Positions 58,937 through 64,000 of a DNA stretch of 64,000 nucleotides are shown here, in pieces. The translations under genes and the position numbers were made by a program. The notes under the pieces are model-generated. The model saw only the letters and a program-made list of their open reading frames with translations, was not told where the DNA came from and did no database searches. Within the stretch, counting starts at the first letter, position 1, and each line of letters begins with the position of its first letter. The stretch is taken from positions 1 to 64,000 of IMG/VR virus record IMGVR_UViG_3300037119_005846; one strand, given 5' to 3'. Source of the stretch: a virus.

Positions 58937-59287
58937 ATGACCACGAAGATGCCCAAGCTGATGGGCACGCAGGAGATGGTGGCGCGCATCCGCGTGCACT
59001 CGCTCGACGAGGCCGATGACTTCCTCGAGGCGTTCGCGCCAGGCGCTCGCAAGAAGGGAACGGTTCAGATCCTTCGAGCGACGCGCACGAAGGGCGTGGA
59101 CTCGTATCTGCTGACGATCAAGTTCACGCACACCGCCCAGAACATGACGCAGACGGTCGACGGCTACCCGTCGGGCAACGGCGACGGCGACTACAACACG
59201 CGTCGCTTTATCCAGGAGGCGTCTGACCGCAGCAAGATCGATCCGATGAAGGTCGAGATCGAGCTCGGGCGCTGGGTGCGTGCGTGA
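58937..59287 (+). CDS. Hypothetical protein
   Basis: AGGAG RBS. Confidence 0.55.
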   Translation: MTTKMPKLMGTQEMVARIRVHSLDEADDFLEAFAPGARKKGTVQILRATRTKGVDSYLLTIKFTHTAQNMTQTVDGYPSGNGDGDYNTRRFIQEASDRSKIDPMKVEIELGRWVRA

Positions 59288-59489
59288 GCGACCGCCCGTA
59301 CGACTTCAGCGTGCCGATCGACGAGGCTCACCGGATCTCGCTCGAGCTCACGGGTCTCATCAACGAGGCGTACGAGCAAGCACGCAGGCGGGCGGCTGCA
59401 TGGCAGCCCGCGCCCTGTCCACCGCGCTGTACTCGCAGCTGAGTACACGGTAGTGTAGACGATATCGACACAGACAGGAAGATGATGAA

Positions 59490-60293
59490 GTGAATCGGTC
59501 ACTGACGATCCTCGTTCACGGGGCTAGTAAGAGTGGCAAGAGCTCGTTCAGTGTCACGTGTCCGACGCCGCGTCTGTATCTCGATGTCGAGTCGGCCGGC
59601 CGATTCCTCGCGATCAAGGCAGTTTCATGGGACCCTGCCCGTGAAGCACCGCCAGTAGAGGATGGCACGTGGGACACGGCCGTGGTCGCGACGCGTGACT
59701 GGGGTACGGTTGAGCGAGCGTATCAGTGGCTTGCCTCAGGTCAGCATCCGTTCAAGAGCGTCATCATCGACTCTGTCAGCGAGCTCCAGCAGCGCTTCAT
59801 CGAGAGCAAGTCAGGCCGCAATCAGCCGACGATGCAGGATTGGGGCGCGGTGTTCCGCGTGGTCTCCGGTCTCGTCCGCGACATTCGCGACTTGACGATG
59901 CATCAGACCAAGCCGCTCGAGTGCGTCGTCATGACGGCGATGACTCGACAGCAGGAGGGGATGTGGCGCCCGTGGGTCAGTGGGCAGCTCCAGACCGTCT
60001 TGCCGTACCTGCTCGACGTAGTGGCGTACTTGTGGACCGAGCAGGCGGTCGACGAGACGACCGGAGAAGTGAAGGAGGTTCGTAAGATCCTGACGCGCCG
60101 GACGACACAGTTCGAGGCCGGCGAACGCGTCGACGGCAAGATCCCGATCGTGGTGGAGGTGACGGCACGCGCTCCTGGTGAGCCGGGCACAGACATCGAC
60201 CGCCTGATCGACATGGTCTTTCCGCCGACGGCGACAACTGAGACTGAGACAACACCAATCACCACAACAACGGAGACTACAGATGACCATTGA
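59490..60293 (+). CDS. AAA_24 / Sak4-like recombination ATPase
   Basis: HGASKSGKS Walker A, LDVE, VIIDSVSE, DWG. Confidence 0.8.
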   Translation: MNRSLTILVHGASKSGKSSFSVTCPTPRLYLDVESAGRFLAIKAVSWDPAREAPPVEDGTWDTAVVATRDWGTVERAYQWLASGQHPFKSVIIDSVSELQQRFIESKSGRNQPTMQDWGAVFRVVSGLVRDIRDLTMHQTKPLECVVMTAMTRQQEGMWRPWVSGQLQTVLPYLLDVVAYLWTEQAVDETTGEVKEVRKILTRRTTQFEAGERVDGKIPIVVEVTARAPGEPGTDIDRLIDMVFPPTATTETETTPITTTTETTDDH

Positions 60294-60831
60294 CTGGGGC
60301 GCGGAACTCGACCGCGTCGAACAGGCCACCAAGCCCATGGCTGAGGGGCCGCACACCTTCCGGATCGTCGACGCGAAGCCCGTGACAGCGAGCACCGGCA
60401 ACAAGATGATCAAGCTCACGTGCAAGGTCGAGGGCGGCCCTGACGACGGCAAGCTCGGCTACAACAACATCGTGTTCACGTTCGACAACCCGCGGGCACT
60501 GAAGATGACACTGCGGCGCCTGCGTGCCCTCGGCATCGACGCTGACTTGCTGCGCGGCGAGAAGCCGTCGATCGAGCAGATCGCCGGCAAGCTGATGGGT
60601 CGCAGCGCGGAAGGCAACGTGACGCATCGCCAGTGGAACGGCGAGACGCAGGACGACATCGACTTCGGCGCGGCCGGCTCTGGCACGCCGGTCATCCCGG
60701 CGGCGCCCGTCGTCGGTGGCCCCGCTCCAGTTGTCGCTCCCGCGCCGACCAAGGAGGCGGCGGCCCCGCCGGCGCCGGTCATCCCGACCGAGCCGACGAC
60801 GCCGGTCGCGCAGAGCGAGGAATCGTTCTGA
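60283..60831 (+). CDS. DUF669-like single-stranded DNA-binding protein
   Basis: P..EG.H...I.DA....ASTGN.MI....V..G...G; Pro-rich tail ending in F; follows the Sak4-like gene. Confidence 0.7.
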   Translation: MTIDWGAELDRVEQATKPMAEGPHTFRIVDAKPVTASTGNKMIKLTCKVEGGPDDGKLGYNNIVFTFDNPRALKMTLRRLRALGIDADLLRGEKPSIEQIAGKLMGRSAEGNVTHRQWNGETQDDIDFGAAGSGTPVIPAAPVVGGPAPVVAPAPTKEAAAPPAPVIPTEPTTPVAQSEESF

Positions 60832-60832
60832 C

Positions 60833-61258
60833 ATGACCGATCGCCTCGACGAGATCTTCGCCCGGCAGCAGCAGCTCCAGCTGGAGTCGTTCCACATCGA
60901 CGTCACCGCCCTCGAGGGCCTGCCTCGCGAGAGGTACGTCGTCCAGAACGCGTTCGCTGTCGTCGCGGAGCTCGTCGAGGCGCTCGACAACATCGACTGG
61001 AAGATGTGGACGACCGGCAGCCCGGCGCGGTTTAAGGACCGGGACAGCTTCGTCCGCGAGATGGTCGACGTCCTGCATTTCATGGTGAACCTCCTTCTGA
61101 TCGCCGACTGCGATGCCACAGAGCTGTATAGTCGTTATCTCAGGAAGGCCGAAGTCAACGCGCAGCGTCAGCTGGACGGGTACGACGGCGTCAGCACAAA
61201 GAAGGATGGGCGAGCGATGGACGAGCCCGAGTGGCGTCGAGAGGAGGTGGAACCATGA
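60833..61258 (+). CDS. Dimeric all-alpha dUTPase / MazG-like nucleotide pyrophosphohydrolase
   Basis: EL.EAL....WK.W, EMVDVLHF..N and Y..K..VN..RQ..GY motifs. Confidence 0.8.
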   Translation: MTDRLDEIFARQQQLQLESFHIDVTALEGLPRERYVVQNAFAVVAELVEALDNIDWKMWTTGSPARFKDRDSFVREMVDVLHFMVNLLLIADCDATELYSRYLRKAEVNAQRQLDGYDGVSTKKDGRAMDEPEWRREEVEP

Positions 61259-61494
61259 ACGTGCTTGACGAGCTGAGGCAGACGACGAAGGCGCTCGAGG
61301 ACGCGGAGTTCGTCGTCTTCAGGCTCAAGCAGCAGCGCGACGCGCAGGTGTCTGCGGCTCGCGACGAGCGCATCGGCTACGCCGAGATCAAGGACGCGAC
61401 CGGCATGTCGATCAGCTGGATCAACGCGTCGCTCGTGCGCACCGACGGCTATCGGCCGCGCGCCGGCCGGCCGCGGAGGCGCGAGGTCGCGTAG
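61255..61494 (+). CDS. Small HTH protein
   Basis: RD..V..AR...I.Y.EI..ATGMS. Confidence 0.6.
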   Translation: MNVLDELRQTTKALEDAEFVVFRLKQQRDAQVSAARDERIGYAEIKDATGMSISWINASLVRTDGYRPRAGRPRRREVA

Positions 61495-61592
61495 GTAGCG
61501 GCGGCCACCTATGCCAGCGACCAGCCGGCGCCGTGATCACAGAGCCACGACGCCGCTGGTCGCTTCTGCGTTCTGCCCGCGTGCGGCCCGTG

Positions 61593-61621
61593 TGGCTTTT
61601 GCTTACATCGCGTTGTATAAT
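61593..61621 (+). promoter_or_regulatory. Promoter TGGCTT-N17-TATAAT
   Basis: Family member; three CAGAC copies follow. Confidence 0.75.
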
Positions 61622-61659
61622 GGTTCCAGACACAGACCCAGACCAACTTCGAGGAGACC

Positions 61660-62649
61660 ATGTCCACCACAGTCAAGTTCGACCCGACGGCGCCTGACGC
61701 CGGACGGGCCATTCTGGCGGCGGCCTTGGACCGGACCAGCGCGATGCGGGACCTCAGCCGCATCAAGTCGATGCCGTCCACGACGACCGCCTCAACCTCT
61801 ACACCGGCCGAGCCCGCCAAGATGCGGACCGTGTTCGACGGCATCGAGGTCAGCTCCAGCTACGTCAGGCCGAACGGCTCGGAGTACAAGCCCCGCGCCA
61901 TGACGGTCGACGGCGTCGTCGTCCACGACGTCACCTTCGTCCGGTCGGCCGCCAAGGTCAACAAGCCCGTACTGCTGTACGGCCCGCCAGGAACCGGCAA
62001 GACCTCGCTGATCGAGGCCGCCTTCCCCGACGTCGTCACCGTCCAGGGCACCATCGAGACCGAGATGACCGACTTCGTCGGCAGCTGGGTCCAGGACAGT
62101 GACGGCACGTACCGCTGGATCGACGGCCCCTTGCTGGTCGCCGCCGATGAGGGCAAGAAACTGCTGATCGACGAGATCGCTCTTATCGACCCGCGGAGCC
62201 TGGCCGGCGTCTACGGCGTCATGGACGGTCGCGACGAAATCGTCGTGACTCAGAACCCGAAGCGTGGCGTTGTCAAGGTGCAGCCCGGGTTCATGGTGCT
62301 CGGAGCGTTCAACCCGAACGTCCCCGGCGCCGTGACATCGGACGCGCTGATGAGTCGCTTCCCGGTTCAGATCGAGGTCGGCACCGACTGGTCACTCGCC
62401 TCGGCGCTCAAAGTGCCGGCAAAGATCATCCAGGTCGTTCGCAACCTCAACCACAAGGCCGAGACCGGAGAGATCACCGCGGCCCCCCAGCTTCGCGAGC
62501 TGCTCGGCTTTCGCGACCTCACCGAGGTCTACGGCGAGGAGTTCGCCCTCAGGAACTTCATCAGCCAGATCCGTCCGGAGAACCGGGCGGTCGCGCTGGC
62601 AGCTATCAAGGCGGTCATGGGCGCAGAGCCCACCGCACTCACCATCTGA
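61660..62649 (+). CDS. MoxR/CbbQ-type AAA+ ATPase
   Basis: YGPPGTGKT, WIDGPL, LLIDEI, A.NP and DALMSRF motifs. Confidence 0.88.
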   Translation: MSTTVKFDPTAPDAGRAILAAALDRTSAMRDLSRIKSMPSTTTASTSTPAEPAKMRTVFDGIEVSSSYVRPNGSEYKPRAMTVDGVVVHDVTFVRSAAKVNKPVLLYGPPGTGKTSLIEAAFPDVVTVQGTIETEMTDFVGSWVQDSDGTYRWIDGPLLVAADEGKKLLIDEIALIDPRSLAGVYGVMDGRDEIVVTQNPKRGVVKVQPGFMVLGAFNPNVPGAVTSDALMSRFPVQIEVGTDWSLASALKVPAKIIQVVRNLNHKAETGEITAAPQLRELLGFRDLTEVYGEEFALRNFISQIRPENRAVALAAIKAVMGAEPTALTI

Positions 62650-62666
62650 CACAGACAGGACACATC

Positions 62667-63314
62667 ATGACCACCACAGCAGCGAGCTTCCTCGGCTCCA
62701 ACCCCCACGTCGCGCCGTCACCCCATGGCGTGGACGCCTATGGCCTCTACATCGAGACCGTCGAGGTTAACAGCCTCAACCAGGTCCAGTGGTACAACCG
62801 GATCTTCCTGGCCGGCAACGCAATCAGCTTCTATCACCGAGCAGCTCACGCCTCTCGAACCACGTGGAAACTGTACCGCTACGCTGACACCGCCACCGCC
62901 GAGAAGGCGCTGACCAAGTTCACCACGGGCGGCCGCGGCACGATGCTCCTCCGCGGGGCGCCGATTCTCGTCCAGTTGGACGCGGTCGACGTCACCGCGA
63001 TTGATGAGATGAAGATGCCGATCGCTCGGTATCGCGGCAACAACCGCCACGAGAGCTTGTTCGGCAAGTTCAACCTAGACGACACGCCCCAGATCGCACC
63101 GCAAGCGCTCAACGCCAAGGGCTTCGACTCCGCGAATGCCGCGATCGTCGCGGCCGCAGCCTCGGCCGCAGCCGCCGCCAAGGTGGCGACCGACTTGACG
63201 TCAACCATGACCCCACCCTTGCCGACAGTTGGCGGGATGACGAGTGGCACGACGACGAGTGGCACGACGACTGCCACGATCATCACCACCAGCTCGGGCA
63301 CCGAGCCGTACTGA
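62667..63314 (+). CDS. Hypothetical protein
   Basis: AGGA RBS; low-complexity A/T tail. Confidence 0.55.
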   Translation: MTTTAASFLGSNPHVAPSPHGVDAYGLYIETVEVNSLNQVQWYNRIFLAGNAISFYHRAAHASRTTWKLYRYADTATAEKALTKFTTGGRGTMLLRGAPILVQLDAVDVTAIDEMKMPIARYRGNNRHESLFGKFNLDDTPQIAPQALNAKGFDSANAAIVAAAASAAAAAKVATDLTSTMTPPLPTVGGMTSGTTTSGTTTATIITTSSGTEPY

Positions 63315-63356
63315 CCGACAGCGCCCGGTCCGGGAGTCAGACGGGTTCCCGGCCGG

Positions 63357-63385
63357 TGGCCATTGTGTTCACAATGGTGTATAAT
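63357..63385 (+). promoter_or_regulatory. Promoter TGGCCA-N17-TATAAT containing perfect palindrome CCATTGTG-TT-CACAATGG
   Basis: Family member; leaderless ATG at 63392. Confidence 0.78.
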
Positions 63386-63391
63386 GAGGAC

Positions 63392-64000
63392 ATGACAGAC
63401 ATGAAGACGACAAGGACGGTGAACCCGCAGCGTGACGCTCTGCAGGTCGCCCTGAACGCGGAGATCCGGTACTCCCCGCTGCGGGTGCCCAGCGCGGTCG
63501 TCCACATCGAGGACGACGAGTCGCAGCCGAACCCGCCGGCGGTGGCGTGGTACGAGCCGAAGACCGGGGACATCCACATCCACATCGACCGCGCCAAGAT
63601 CAACCCCACCGACGCCAACTCGCGCGGCCGCAAGGACTACGCCGTCACCCGCGGCCTACTGGTCCACGAGGCCTCGCACGCCAAGAACAGCGCCTGGCTG
63701 ACCACCCTCTGGCACACCGGCATCAAGCCGTCGGTGATGCGGACTCTGACGATGTTCGAGGAGATGCGGGTCGAGGCACGGGCGGTCAACGCCGACCCGG
63801 ACGAGTCCCGCATCAACCTCCGGGCGTCGCTGCCGCTGGCGATGGGTGACATCCGCGACAACCCGCCGGTGACCCGCTACGACGCGGCCAACAGCTGGGG
63901 CCTCATCTACGGCCGCTCGCTGACGACGGTCGTCAGCCACATCGAGCTCCAGTGGCTCGATGACGCGGCTCGCACCATCCTCGGCGACGACGACGTCGAT
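63392..64000 (+). CDS. HExxH metallopeptidase-like protein, probably the VWA partner of the MoxR ATPase (3'-truncated)
   Basis: Open to the window end; AVAWY, GLLVHEASHA..S.W and FEEMRVEA motifs. Confidence 0.7.
   Translation, partial: MTDMKTTRTVNPQRDALQVALNAEIRYSPLRVPSAVVHIEDDESQPNPPAVAWYEPKTGDIHIHIDRAKINPTDANSRGRKDYAVTRGLLVHEASHAKNSAWLTTLWHTGIKPSVMRTLTMFEEMRVEARAVNADPDESRINLRASLPLAMGDIRDNPPVTRYDAANSWGLIYGRSLTTVVSHIELQWLDDAARTILGDDDVD

Noticed and set aside
1-64000. tRNA, rRNA, integrase/att site, DNA polymerase
   Set aside because: None recognised by eye; a tRNAscan/HMM run would be needed to exclude them.

Overview
This 64 kb window is a high-GC tailed dsDNA bacteriophage genome segment. 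The host is probably an actinobacterium, based on WhiB, Ku, leaderless TANNNT promoters and actinophage-type capsid, protease and adaptor genes. Almost all genes are on the + strand. It holds a head module (giant 5'-truncated protein, prohead protease, major capsid), major tail and neck genes, a long collagen/LamG appendage cluster, a glycosyltransferase and a methyltransferase, and the large terminase. These are followed by a primase-helicase, a ~1.6 kb repeat-rich non-coding region (candidate origin and/or genome end) and many small early-type ORFs. The rest holds a tail fibre, a holin and two endolysins, a MuF-2H phosphoesterase fusion, small terminase, portal, Ku, a host-like surface protein, a recombination/nucleotide cluster and a MoxR-type ATPase with its metallopeptidase partner. 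Structural gene order is strongly scrambled. No tape measure, integrase, DNA polymerase, tRNA or CRISPR array was recognised. Most striking unexplained patterns: (i) a domain apparently split at the same point twice across appendage genes, suggesting a chain assembled by fragment complementation; (ii) a recurring (V/L/I)TA(A/S) motif at domain junctions of head proteins, a candidate maturation-protease cargo-release code; (iii) five spaced palindromic CTGCCCATAT elements; (iv) a GACACAGAC motif at many transcript 5' ends, even inside first codons; (v) a family of operator-containing TGGNNN-17-TATAAT promoters. All family assignments come from motif recognition by eye, not from database searches.
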